Shown here: positions 46,540-55,065 of the stretch, in pieces
How positions within the stretch are numbered: position 1 is the first letter of the stretch
Layout: each line of letters opens with the position of its first letter
Assembly: GCA_035644195.1 (NCBI GenBank)
Contig: DASQOZ010000070.1
Span: forward strand, 463-64,462
Reading direction: 5' to 3'
Origin: Candidatus Methylomirabilota bacterium
GTDB lineage: Bacteria > Verrucomicrobiota > Verrucomicrobiia > Limisphaerales > UBA11358
Length of the DNA stretch: 64,000 nucleotides
Program-made: the position numbers and the translations under genes
The notes under the pieces: generated by a model
Told to the model about the DNA's origin: nothing
The model's database searches: none
The model's input: the letters and a program-made list of their open reading frames with translations, nothing else

Positions 46540-47325
46540 TTACGCCGTTTTGAATTTTTGTTCCACCACGCTCATCAGGCGGTCGAGGATGAAGCCCACG
46601 ACGCCAATCGTGACGATGCACAAAATGATGTGTTCGTAGATGAGCGAGTTGTATTCCTGCCACAGAAAACCGCCGACGCCGGGACGACCGGTCAACATTT
46701 CAGCCGCGACGATGACGAGCCACGCAATGCCGAGGCTCAACCGGAATCCCGTGAACATATATGGCAGCGACGCGGGAATCAGAACCTTGAACAAGGTTTT
46801 CGTGCGCGAGAGCTTCAAAACTTTCGCGACGTTCAGATAATCCTGCGGAATCGCGCGCACGCCGACTGCGGTGTTCAAAACCGTCGGCCACATCGAGCAA
46901 ATGGCGATGGTGAACAGCGCGCCGAGTTCGGAAGCATCCTTGCCCGCGCCCATGAACAACACGAGTCCGAGCGGCAACCACGCGAGCGGCGAAACCGGAC
47001 GAAGCACTTGAATGATGGGATCAAAAATTTTCGTGAACGTTTTGGACAACCCCAGAAAAAATCCAATCGGCGTTCCGATGAGCAGCGCGAGCAAATAACC
47101 CTTTGCGACGAGTTGCAATGAATACCAGGTGAAACGCAAAATACCCTGGTCCATTTCACCGCGCTTGGCGAACGGCTCGACGATGTAAGGCTTGCTGGTT
47201 TCCCACGTTTTCGCCGGCGTCGGCAAGTCTTTCGCCCATGTCGCGCACGAGATTTGCCACAGGATTAAAACTGCGGCGACGCCGACGAGCGGCAAAACGA
47301 ACCAGTCAAATTTGAATGATTTCAT
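46540..47325 (-). CDS. nrtB: Nitrate ABC transporter permease NrtB
   Basis: 261 aa with 6 TM helices and a binding-protein-dependent transport EAA-type loop ([22 protein letters not shown]). Confidence 0.8.
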   Translation of the reverse strand: MKSFKFDWFVLPLVGVAAVLILWQISCATWAKDLPTPAKTWETSKPYIVEPFAKRGEMDQGILRFTWYSLQLVAKGYLLALLIGTPIGFFLGLSKTFTKIFDPIIQVLRPVSPLAWLPLGLVLFMGAGKDASELGALFTIAICSMWPTVLNTAVGVRAIPQDYLNVAKVLKLSRTKTLFKVLIPASLPYMFTGFRLSLGIAWLVIVAAEMLTGRPGVGGFLWQEYNSLIYEHIILCIVTIGVVGFILDRLMSVVEQKFKTA

Positions 47326-47326
47326 T

Positions 47327-48622
47327 TCAGCCTTTCACATTGTTGACCGCGAAACTTTTTGCATAAGCCTCCAAATCGCCGGTCGGGTCAAATGTCGCGC
47401 CGTCGAACAGCGTTTCTTTGTCATTGTTCATGCCGCCGTGCGCGTAGCCGATTTCCTTCATCGCCTCTTCGTAAATGTCCGTGCGCATGACTTGCTTGGC
47501 GATGCCGTCATAATCCGGCGTGCCTTTGAGCAAACCCCAGCGGCGATATTGCGAGAGAAACCATTTCGCAAATTTCGGCTGCGGGTAATTGCAGTTGCGG
47601 CTGCTGAAGATCATGTAGTTCGGGTCTTCCTTCGTGCGACCGTCGCCGTAATCGTAATGACCTTGCAACCGGCCAAGAATCGTCTTGGCATCACAGTTGA
47701 TGTAAGTCGGTTTGCTGACAATTTCGCATTGCTCCGGGCGGTTGCTCAAATCGTCGAGCCAGATGCTCGCCTCGTTCAACGCTTTCAAAACCGCTTTCAC
47801 CGTCTTCGGATTTTTGTCGGCGAATTCGGCGAGGAACGCGCAAACTTTTTCTGGATGATCTTTCCAGATGTCCTGCGTGGAAACGGAGGTGTAACCGATC
47901 TTGTCCGCGATGGCGCGCGCGCCCCACGGTTCACCGACGCAGAAGCCGTCCATCTTGCCGATTTTCATGTTCGCCACCATTTGCGCGGGCGGAACAGTGA
48001 TGAGCGAAACGTCCTTGTCGGGATTGATGCCGCCTGCGCCGAGATAATAACGCATCCACATCGCGTGCGTGCCCGGCGGAAAAGTCATCGCAAACGTCAG
48101 CGGTTCACCGAGTAAATTTGCTTTTTCGACGAACGGCTTGATGGCTTTCGGATCCGCGCCGACTTTTCCTTTCCACTCCGTCTTGAGTGAAATCGCCTGT
48201 CCGTTGCGGTTCATCAGCCACGGAATGATCATCGGTTTTTTCGGTGAACCGGCCAGTCCCATCGTCGAGGCAATCGGCATTCCGATGAGCATATGCGTCG
48301 CTTGAATCGTGCCAGTCGAAAGATTGTCGCGGATGGCCGCCCAGTTCGCGCCTTTCGTCACGGTGGAATTGATGCCGTATTTTTTGAAGAAACCTTTTTC
48401 GTGCGCGATGACGATGGGCGAGCAATCCGTCAGCGCAATCATGCCGAAGTTCATCGTCGCCGCTTCCGGCGCGTCGCTGGCATAGACGCTGCCGATCCAG
48501 CTTTTGGGCAGTCCGGCGAACAACGCGGTGAGCGTGACGCCTTTGACGGCTTTGCCGAGAAATTCGCGGCGATTCAAATTATGCTGGGACGAGTTCGTTT
48601 TCTGATTGGGTGTGTTTTTCAT
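47327..48622 (-). CDS. nrtA: Nitrate ABC transporter substrate-binding protein NrtA (Tat signal)
   Basis: The start at 48622 gives MKNTPNQKTNSSQHNLNRREFLGKAV (twin-arginine motif), followed by the NrtA/CmpA-type fold. The upstream 91 codons of the track ORF are rejected. Confidence 0.8.
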   Translation of the reverse strand: MKNTPNQKTNSSQHNLNRREFLGKAVKGVTLTALFAGLPKSWIGSVYASDAPEAATMNFGMIALTDCSPIVIAHEKGFFKKYGINSTVTKGANWAAIRDNLSTGTIQATHMLIGMPIASTMGLAGSPKKPMIIPWLMNRNGQAISLKTEWKGKVGADPKAIKPFVEKANLLGEPLTFAMTFPPGTHAMWMRYYLGAGGINPDKDVSLITVPPAQMVANMKIGKMDGFCVGEPWGARAIADKIGYTSVSTQDIWKDHPEKVCAFLAEFADKNPKTVKAVLKALNEASIWLDDLSNRPEQCEIVSKPTYINCDAKTILGRLQGHYDYGDGRTKEDPNYMIFSSRNCNYPQPKFAKWFLSQYRRWGLLKGTPDYDGIAKQVMRTDIYEEAMKEIGYAHGGMNNDKETLFDGATFDPTGDLEAYAKSFAVNNVKG

Positions 48623-49676
48623 AGTCAATGTTGGTGGTGGAATTACGAAGGCAGAGTGCCCGGTCAAAAATGTCCGTGCGGAAAATGCGGCAACCCAGTT
48701 CGTCGGTGAGCGGCGCAGGATTCGGACACAATCCGCTGGCGCGCAGCCGTTGAAGAATCCACTCGGCTTTGTCGCTCGAAGGTTCGTTCGCGTTGTGCCG
48801 GTGAAACACGCTGAAGTTCGGGATGTGCCGCACGCCGCCGTGGCCGAAATCAAAATCCGCGCTGAACCCGCGCCGCAACGCCGCCGCCGGAACATTCACA
48901 TAAGCCGGCTGCGCGAGCGTGGTGATGATTTCCTCGCGATTGTCCGGCGCGTCGCAAAATTCGCAGGCTTCCAGCAGCGCGGCGACGAGCGCGACGTGTT
49001 CCGCATCGCGTCTCTCGGCAAAATCGCGGCGCACCATGAGGACTTTTTCGGGATGGCCGGGCGCAAGCTCCGCGCTCGCGGCCACGCACCAGCCGACGCG
49101 CGATTGCACGGCGACCGAGTTCCACGGTTCGCCCACACAAAAGCCGTCGAGATTTCCGGCCTTCAGGTTCGCCACCATCTGCGGCGGCGGCACGACGACG
49201 ATGCGCACGTCGCGGTCGGGATGAATTCCTGCCGCCGCCAGCCAGTCGCGCAGCAGAAAATTGTGCGATGAAAACGGATAAACAACACCGAAGACAAAAG
49301 TTTTCTCGCGGCGCGAACGATTGATTTCTTCGCGCAATGTTTTTCCATCACGCACGCCGCGTTTCCAAAGTTCATTTGAGAGAGTGATTGCGTTGCCGTG
49401 CAAATTGAGAACGAGCGCGGTCAGGCAGTCGCAGGAAATCGAGCCGAGTCCGAGCGTCGCGGCGACGGGCATTCCGGCGACGGCGTGCGCGGCCTCCAGT
49501 TCGCCGTGGATGATTTTGTCGCGGATCGTCGCCCAGCCGAGTTCGCGGCTCAACGTGACGTTTAATCCAAATTTACGGAATAATCCGAGTTCGTGCGCCA
49601 TCACGAGCGGCGCGCAATCGGTCAACGGCACAAAGCCGACGCGCAATTTTCTTTGCGTCACGGGCATTTTGGTCAT
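48579..49676 (-). CDS. Cytoplasmic NrtA-like protein (NasS-like nitrate/nitrite sensor candidate)
   Basis: The start MTKMPVTQRKLRVGFVPLTDCAPLV has no signal peptide. It is homologous in pattern to the adjacent NrtA (GFCVGEPWN). Confidence 0.55.
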   Translation of the reverse strand: MTKMPVTQRKLRVGFVPLTDCAPLVMAHELGLFRKFGLNVTLSRELGWATIRDKIIHGELEAAHAVAGMPVAATLGLGSISCDCLTALVLNLHGNAITLSNELWKRGVRDGKTLREEINRSRREKTFVFGVVYPFSSHNFLLRDWLAAAGIHPDRDVRIVVVPPPQMVANLKAGNLDGFCVGEPWNSVAVQSRVGWCVAASAELAPGHPEKVLMVRRDFAERRDAEHVALVAALLEACEFCDAPDNREEIITTLAQPAYVNVPAAALRRGFSADFDFGHGGVRHIPNFSVFHRHNANEPSSDKAEWILQRLRASGLCPNPAPLTDELGCRIFRTDIFDRALCLRNSTTNIDYEKHTQSENELVPA

Positions 49677-49726
49677 GTGCGTTTTTTTGTTCACTCGTCG
49701 CGGTTTTTCAGCCGCCGCCTGATGAT

Positions 49727-49744
49727 TAAGCGCGCCATGTGCCA
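49727..49744 (-). promoter_or_regulatory. Candidate sigma-54 (-24/-12) promoter for the nitrate operon
   Basis: The minus strand reads TGGCAC-atggc-GCGCt, with GG-N10-GC spacing conserved and a degenerate -12 element. It lies about 50 nt upstream of the NasS-like ATG. Confidence 0.3.
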
Positions 49745-49810
49745 AAGGTTGATTTCGGCGCGATGATTGCTACTCTTAATTTCAATGGAAACAATGAGCC
49801 GGATTCATAC

Positions 49811-50719
49811 ATGAGCGCGCCGCTCGACAGTCGGCAGGTTCGCGCGTTCTGCGCGCTCGCGCGCACGGGCAGCTTCACGCAGGCCGCGCGCGAGCTGCAC
49901 CTCACCCAATCAGGCATCAGCCACTCGATGAAGGCGCTGGAAGCCGATATTGGCTGTCGCCTTTTGGACAGGCTGGGTAAAAAGGTCGTGCTTACGCAGG
50001 CGGGTGAACAATTGCTGCATCACTCGAAAAAAATTTTGCAGGAAATGAAAACCGCGCGCGAAACGCTCGGACATCTCGGCAAATGGGGCAAAGGAAGACT
50101 GCGGATTGGCGCGAGTACGACGGCGTGCCAGCACATCATTCCGCCAGTATTGCGGGAGTTCAAAGAAAGTTTTCCCGAACACGCCATCACCATCGAACCG
50201 GGCGACACGCCTGAGATGGTTGATGCGCTGCTGCACCATCGGATTGACCTTGCGCTCTCGCTCGAGGCCAGCAATGAACCGCAGCTTGAATTTCATCCGC
50301 TTTTCACGGACGAACTGCATTTCATCGTCGCCGCGCTGCACCCGTGGGCGAAGGCCGGGCGTGTAGAGCGTGCGGAAATTCCGCGCCAGAATTACATCCT
50401 CTACAACAAGCGCAGCATCACGTTCCGGCTCATCGAGGAATATTTTCGCCGCGAGCAAATGGTGCTGAACACCGTGATTGAAGCCGGCAGCATGGAGGCG
50501 ACAAAGGAACTGGTGAAACTCGGCATCGGCGTGAGCATCCTCGCGCCGTGGATTGCTCAAAAAGAAATCGGGGAAGGCTCGCTTGTCGCGCTGCCGCTCG
50601 GACGAAAAAAATTGCAGCGGCGCTGGGGGATTTTGCACTGGCGCGGCAAGCGACTGAACCTCGCGGAGGAAACTTTCATCGGCTTGTGCGAATCGGCAAC
50701 CAGTTTATTACAAGGTTGA
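49811..50719 (+). CDS. LysR-family transcriptional regulator
   Basis: The start MSAPLDSRQVRAFCALARTGSFTQAARELHLTQSGISHSMKALE contains the HTH. It is divergent from the nitrate operon. Confidence 0.85.
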   Translation: MSAPLDSRQVRAFCALARTGSFTQAARELHLTQSGISHSMKALEADIGCRLLDRLGKKVVLTQAGEQLLHHSKKILQEMKTARETLGHLGKWGKGRLRIGASTTACQHIIPPVLREFKESFPEHAITIEPGDTPEMVDALLHHRIDLALSLEASNEPQLEFHPLFTDELHFIVAALHPWAKAGRVERAEIPRQNYILYNKRSITFRLIEEYFRREQMVLNTVIEAGSMEATKELVKLGIGVSILAPWIAQKEIGEGSLVALPLGRKKLQRRWGILHWRGKRLNLAEETFIGLCESATSLLQG

Positions 50720-50826
50720 AACCATTGCTTGCGAAAAATGCAAAGATACTGGCAATTTAGTTTGCGTTGTTTCGATTAAATCTGAAATGTCTATGAGAGT
50801 AAAATAAGGGAAATTCGCGTTTTTCA

Positions 50827-50866
50827 ATTTCGAGTCAGGTGCCTTTAACCATTCAGCCACCCTTCC
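50827..50866 (-). pseudogene. tRNA-Ser 5'-half copy (nt 1-40, through the anticodon loop)
   Basis: atttcgagtcaggtgcctttaaccattcagccacccttcc matches 29253-29292 with one mismatch, in the same orientation. Confidence 0.8.
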
Positions 50867-51002
50867 AGCCGAAACCTCAAAAATTAAACCAGCAAACTTT
50901 GTCGCGGTAAATCTTAATCCGGTGAACAACCCGCGTTTGACTATTCAACCGCGATTCACTAATGTCGCACCTCGTAAAATACAACAAAGGGAATTCAAAA
51001 TT

Positions 51003-52052
51003 ATGGCAACCAAATCTGAAAAAAACGCTGTTGAAATCAAAGCCGCGCCGTCGCACGCCCGCGAACTCGAAGCCGCCATTTCCAGCATCCACAAAAGTTA
51101 CGGCGACGGCGCGATCATGCGGCTCGGCGACGCGCAATCGAAAGTCAAAATCGGAATCATTCCCACGGGCGCGCTCGCGCTCGATCTTGCGCTCGGCGTC
51201 GGCGGCATTCCGCGTGGACGTGTGATTGAAATTTACGGGCCGGAATCTTCAGGCAAAACGACGTTGATGCTCCACGTCATCGCCAACGCGCAAAAATCCG
51301 GCGGACTCGCCGCGTTCATTGACGCCGAGCACGCGCTTGATCCCGCTTACGCAAAAAAACTCGGCGTGAACCTCGACGACCTGCTCGTCTCGCAGCCGGA
51401 TTCCGGCGAAGAAGCGCTGACGATTTGCGAAACGCTCGCGCGCTCGAACGCGCTCGACGTCATCGTGATTGATTCCGTCGCCGCGCTCGTGCCCAAAGCC
51501 GAACTCGAAGGCGAGATGGGCATGGCCACGATGGGAATGCAGGCGCGGCTCATGTCGCAGGCGCTTCGCAAGCTCACCGCGATCCTCGGCAAGTCCAAGA
51601 CCACCTGCGTTTTCACGAATCAATTGCGCGAAAAAGTCGGTGTCATGTTTGGCAGCCCCGAGACGACGCCCGGCGGCAAGGCGCTGAAATTTTACGCGAG
51701 CGTGCGCCTCGACATCCGCCGCAAGGAAACGCTCAAGGACGCCGCGCAAAATCCGATTGGCAACCACGTCCGCGTCAAGGTCGTGAAAAATAAAGTCGCG
51801 CCGCCGTTCGCCGAGGCCGAGTTCGACATCATTTACAATCACGGCATCAATAAAGAAGGCAGCATCCTCGACGTGGGCATCACCGACGGCGTCGTGGACA
51901 AAAAAGGCGCGTGGTTGCAATTCGAGGGCGAACTCATCGGGCAAGGCAAAGAAGCCGCGCAAAAAGCGCTCGTCGAAAAACCTGCGCTCGCAAAGAAAAT
52001 TGTGGATGCGATTTTGGCGAAGCGAAATGGCGTGACGGCGGAAGAAAAATAA
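51003..52052 (+). CDS. recA: Recombinase RecA
   Basis: [17 protein letters not shown] (Walker A) and the L1/L2 loop regions. I prefer the start at 51003 (MATKSEKN). Confidence 0.95.
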   Translation: MATKSEKNAVEIKAAPSHARELEAAISSIHKSYGDGAIMRLGDAQSKVKIGIIPTGALALDLALGVGGIPRGRVIEIYGPESSGKTTLMLHVIANAQKSGGLAAFIDAEHALDPAYAKKLGVNLDDLLVSQPDSGEEALTICETLARSNALDVIVIDSVAALVPKAELEGEMGMATMGMQARLMSQALRKLTAILGKSKTTCVFTNQLREKVGVMFGSPETTPGGKALKFYASVRLDIRRKETLKDAAQNPIGNHVRVKVVKNKVAPPFAEAEFDIIYNHGINKEGSILDVGITDGVVDKKGAWLQFEGELIGQGKEAAQKALVEKPALAKKIVDAILAKRNGVTAEEK

Positions 52053-52064
52053 ACGGCAACGACG

Positions 52065-52460
52065 ATGAAAAATCTTTTCAAGATTGTTGTAACAATAATC
52101 TTGATTCTCATCGTCGTTTTTGTGCTTTTTGTCGTGATCGTGCGTTCACTTTTTATCGTAATGCCGATGCCGACGAATTCAATGAAACCGCTACTCACAA
52201 CCAATGATGTTGTTGTAGCTAAAAAACGGTTTGACATTTCATCGCTTAGCAACGGAGATTTAGTTGTCGTAAATCTTTCGATACCGGACGGAACTAAAAT
52301 TCTCACGGTTCGGATAATTGATCAGCGAACAAATACTCCTGCTGGTCAATTCTATTTAAGCGCGGCTAGCACTAATGGCATTGATTCTAAATTTCTTGGA
52401 ACACTGCCAGCAACTGACATTCGCGGTAAAGTCATTCACATTTTTAAGGGTGCCTATTGA
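52065..52460 (+). CDS. Short S26-family signal-peptidase-like protein
   Basis: AT-rich. N-terminal TM helix, box B-like PTNSMKPLL, and box E-like NGIDSKFLGTLPATDIRGKV. No clear box D Lys. Confidence 0.4.
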   Translation: MKNLFKIVVTIILILIVVFVLFVVIVRSLFIVMPMPTNSMKPLLTTNDVVVAKKRFDISSLSNGDLVVVNLSIPDGTKILTVRIIDQRTNTPAGQFYLSAASTNGIDSKFLGTLPATDIRGKVIHIFKGAY

Positions 52461-52465
52461 CACCC

Positions 52466-52520
52466 AAGCCGTTCTTGCTTTCCGCGCCAGACCAAGCCAT
52501 TTTTTCAAGCCCGCACAGCG
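52466..52520. repeat. 55-bp direct repeat, copy 1 (flanks MazF TA cassette)
   Basis: aagccgttcttgctttccgcgccagaccaagccattttttcaagcccgcacagcg. It is 53/55 identical to 53314-53368. Confidence 0.85.
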
Positions 52521-52531
52521 TTTTATAAAAT

Positions 52532-52603
52532 TGTAGCAGCGGACGTCAGTCCGCTCTGATTTATCTTAAAAAAGAAATGAGCCGGCTCACGTCGGCTGCT
52601 ACA
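52532..52603. repeat. GTAG...CTAC palindromic element (copy D), intergenic
   Basis: tgtagcagcggacgtcagtccgctc ...tgatttatcttaaaaaagaaat... gagccggctcacgtcggctgctaca. Confidence 0.8.
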
Positions 52604-52645
52604 ATTATCCTCGACAATAGCCTGAATTCAGCCTACATTTAGTCT

Positions 52646-52945
52646 ATGAAAATTGCCGGTCGTGCCCGTTCCCGAAAAACGAAAGTCAATTTGCGCTCGC
52701 AACTGTTCACGTTGAGCAATGCCAAAACGTATTTAGGCCGCCTGATGGAAAAAGCCGGTCGCGGCGAGACGGTTTATATTGTTCGCGGCCATCGCCGGTT
52801 CGTTTTGCAGGAAGTTCCAGAAATTGAACCCATTCCTGTTCGTCCGGCGGGATATTTTGCCAACGCTTACAGCAAGGCGGAAATTCAGGAAGAAAATCGG
52901 CTCGCCAAATCTTCGGTGATTCGCGCGCCCAAAGACCTTGAATAA
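52646..52945 (+). CDS. Type II antitoxin (Phd/YefM-like or AbrB-like partner of MazF)
   Basis: 99 aa with FTLSNAKTYLGRLMEKAGRGETVYIVRGHRRFVLQEV. It lies 8 nt upstream of the toxin gene. Confidence 0.55.
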   Translation: MKIAGRARSRKTKVNLRSQLFTLSNAKTYLGRLMEKAGRGETVYIVRGHRRFVLQEVPEIEPIPVRPAGYFANAYSKAEIQEENRLAKSSVIRAPKDLE

Positions 52946-52953
52946 AGGACGCG

Positions 52954-53292
52954 ATGAAGCAATGGGATATTTTCATGTTTCCGTTCAGCAAGGAGCGGCG
53001 GCATCCGGCTGTCATCATTTCCAACGACGAAACCTGCCAGAATCCCGACGTTGAAGAAGTGAACGCCCTGCTTTGCACGTCGGCCAAAGTGAATCGCGAG
53101 CCAAAAACCACCGAAGAAGTTTTGGACGAAGCGGACGGGCTGGATTGGAAAACAATGGTGCGTTGTGATAAAATCCATTTGCTGCCGAAGGAACGATTTG
53201 ATGACCAAAAGGGAAACGTCACCGACGAACGGCGATATTTAATTGCCCGCAAAATGATAGAAACTTTAAGGCTGCCGATTCATCGCAGGTGA
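52954..53292 (+). CDS. Type II toxin, MazF/PemK family
   Basis: WDIFMFPF...RHPAVIISND...ALLCTSAKV...MVRCDKIHLLPKERF matches the PemK fold pattern. Confidence 0.7.
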   Translation: MKQWDIFMFPFSKERRHPAVIISNDETCQNPDVEEVNALLCTSAKVNREPKTTEEVLDEADGLDWKTMVRCDKIHLLPKERFDDQKGNVTDERRYLIARKMIETLRLPIHRR

Positions 53293-53313
53293 CTTTAACC
53301 GAATCGTCATCCG

Positions 53314-53368
53314 AAGCCGTTCTTGCTTTCCGCGCCAGACCAAGCCATCTTTTCAAGCCCGCAAAGCG
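53314..53368. repeat. 55-bp direct repeat, copy 2
   Basis: aagccgttcttgctttccgcgccagaccaagccatcttttcaagcccgcaaagcg, ending 12 nt before the ATG at 53381. Confidence 0.85.
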
Positions 53369-53380
53369 GGATTTTTATAC

Positions 53381-55009
53381 ATGAGTGACGTTTCCGATCT
53401 CGGTCTTGATTTGGAGAATCTGTTTCAGCCCGCGTGGACGCAGGCAAAAACGGAATCCAAGCGCTTTGAAAAATTTACCGGACTCGAAGGCGTAAAGCCC
53501 GAACGCCGTTTCAGCGATAAACCCGGCGAACGTCGCGGCCCGCGTCGTGATTCCGGCGGCGGTGAACGTCGTGGCGGCCCGCCGCGCGGTGGTTCCAAAT
53601 TTGGTGGTGGCGACCGCAAGAAATCTTTTGGCCAACGTGATGACAATCGCGGTGAACGCCGCGAGCGTCCTGAACCGCCCGCGCCATTGCCGGAAATTTC
53701 CGTCACTTTTGTTGCCGATGAGAATGGCGTTGAATCTCTGTCCCGCCAGATCAAGATGACAGGGCGTTGCTATCCGCTCTTTCAAATCGCGCAACTGGTT
53801 TTGGATAAGCCGGAGCGTTATTCCGTCCAGCTTGGCGTGAAGAAAAAATCCGACGGCGCGATTGCGCAGCAACTTTTTGTTTGCGCGCTCGACGACACGC
53901 CGTGGCTTTCGGAAGACGAAGCCGTCGAGCATGTCCTTAAAAATCATTTCGCCACGTTTTATCAGGCTGAACGCACGGCCACCGAGCCGCCGAAGGGCAC
54001 TTACACGTTTGTCGCGCAATGCGGTTTGAGCGGCGCGATTCTCGGCCCGCCGAATTATCACGATTACCAAAATCAATTGCGCAAGCTGCACACGGAAAAA
54101 TTTTCACGGATGCCGTTCGACATGTTCAAGGCGCGCGTAAAAATCGTGAAGGACGAAGTGGTCGTCAAAAAATGGATTGAGGAGCAAAGTTTCAAGACGG
54201 AATACGCCTGCCTCAACGTGCCCGAACCGCTCAAGTTGCCGACGATGGAAGAAGTTGAAAAACATTTTCGCGCGACGCACAAGGATTCAATCATCAAGCA
54301 AGCCGAGAAACATACGGTCAGCGGCGTGGTGAGCAGGAATTTGAAGAGCCGTGAATTGTATCGGCTCGTGCGGACGGAATGGGAAAATCAAAAACATTTC
54401 CCGCTACAATTGGCGACGGCGTTGAGCAAACAATTTGCGTCGCTCGGCCTACAATTTTTCAAGGTCAACAAAATGGCCGTGCATGTCAGCGTGGCGCGCC
54501 CGCAATTTTTGGATTTGGAGACGACGCCGGTTTCGGAAAACATCAAGCGCATTATTGGCTTCATCAGCACGAATCCAAGATGCACGCGACGGAAATTGAT
54601 TGAATCGCTCGCGCCCACGCCGCCAAAGCCTGCGGTTCTTGAAGTCAAACCGGATGAGCCGAAAGTTGATGCGCCCGACGGGCCGACGCCGGAACAAACG
54701 GCGTTGATTGCCGACTTGCATTGGCTGATTCATCAAGGCCACGTTTTGGAATTTGCCGACGGTCGGATGGAGACGGCGAAGAAACCGTTGCCGCGCCCGC
54801 CGAAACCGGAAAAGAAAACGGACGAAACAAAATCCGCCGAAGAAAAGCCTGCGACGGAAGGCGAAATTGTTTCAACGGATCCGGTGCCTCAAGCCGAAGC
54901 AGAAATTTCCGCGCCAACTGGATCATCGGCACCCGTGCCTAAATCGGTTCAATCTGAAGCCACTTTGGACGAAGCAAAGCCGACGGAAGAAGTTCCGTCG
55001 CCGTCTTGA
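53381..55009 (+). CDS. Hypothetical protein with N-terminal RGG/Arg-Gly-rich region
   Basis: 542 aa. The N-terminus is ERRGPRRDSGGGERRGGPPRGGSKFGGGDRKK and the C-terminus is Pro/Glu/Lys-rich. It sits directly upstream of a DEAD-box helicase. I recognise no family. Confidence 0.5.
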   Translation: MSDVSDLGLDLENLFQPAWTQAKTESKRFEKFTGLEGVKPERRFSDKPGERRGPRRDSGGGERRGGPPRGGSKFGGGDRKKSFGQRDDNRGERRERPEPPAPLPEISVTFVADENGVESLSRQIKMTGRCYPLFQIAQLVLDKPERYSVQLGVKKKSDGAIAQQLFVCALDDTPWLSEDEAVEHVLKNHFATFYQAERTATEPPKGTYTFVAQCGLSGAILGPPNYHDYQNQLRKLHTEKFSRMPFDMFKARVKIVKDEVVVKKWIEEQSFKTEYACLNVPEPLKLPTMEEVEKHFRATHKDSIIKQAEKHTVSGVVSRNLKSRELYRLVRTEWENQKHFPLQLATALSKQFASLGLQFFKVNKMAVHVSVARPQFLDLETTPVSENIKRIIGFISTNPRCTRRKLIESLAPTPPKPAVLEVKPDEPKVDAPDGPTPEQTALIADLHWLIHQGHVLEFADGRMETAKKPLPRPPKPEKKTDETKSAEEKPATEGEIVSTDPVPQAEAEISAPTGSSAPVPKSVQSEATLDEAKPTEEVPSPS

Positions 55010-55065
55010 GCCGCGCGTTTCAAATTCATTGCTTTCAATAATTTCCTGCACTGCTAGATTAGCCT

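Larger units (their letters stand above)
29293..50826. mobile_element. Putative ancient tRNA-Ser-associated genomic island (nitrate assimilation + Moco biosynthesis)
   Basis: Bounded by the intact tRNA-Ser (29203-29292) and a same-orientation 40-nt copy of its 5' half (50827-50866). A truncated tyrosine integrase abuts the tRNA. Confidence 0.45.

Noticed and set aside
47327-48895. N-terminal extensions of track ORFs: nrtA to 48895, hppA to 63776, the cysJ-like gene to 43229, recA from 50922, LysR from 49739, the porin to 44770 and yicC to 23918.
   Set aside because: Internal starts give canonical N-termini (Tat or Sec signal peptides, MATKSEKN for RecA, MKSMTGYG for YicC). They also remove overlaps with neighbouring genes. 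The extensions are Arg-rich, non-homologous read-through.
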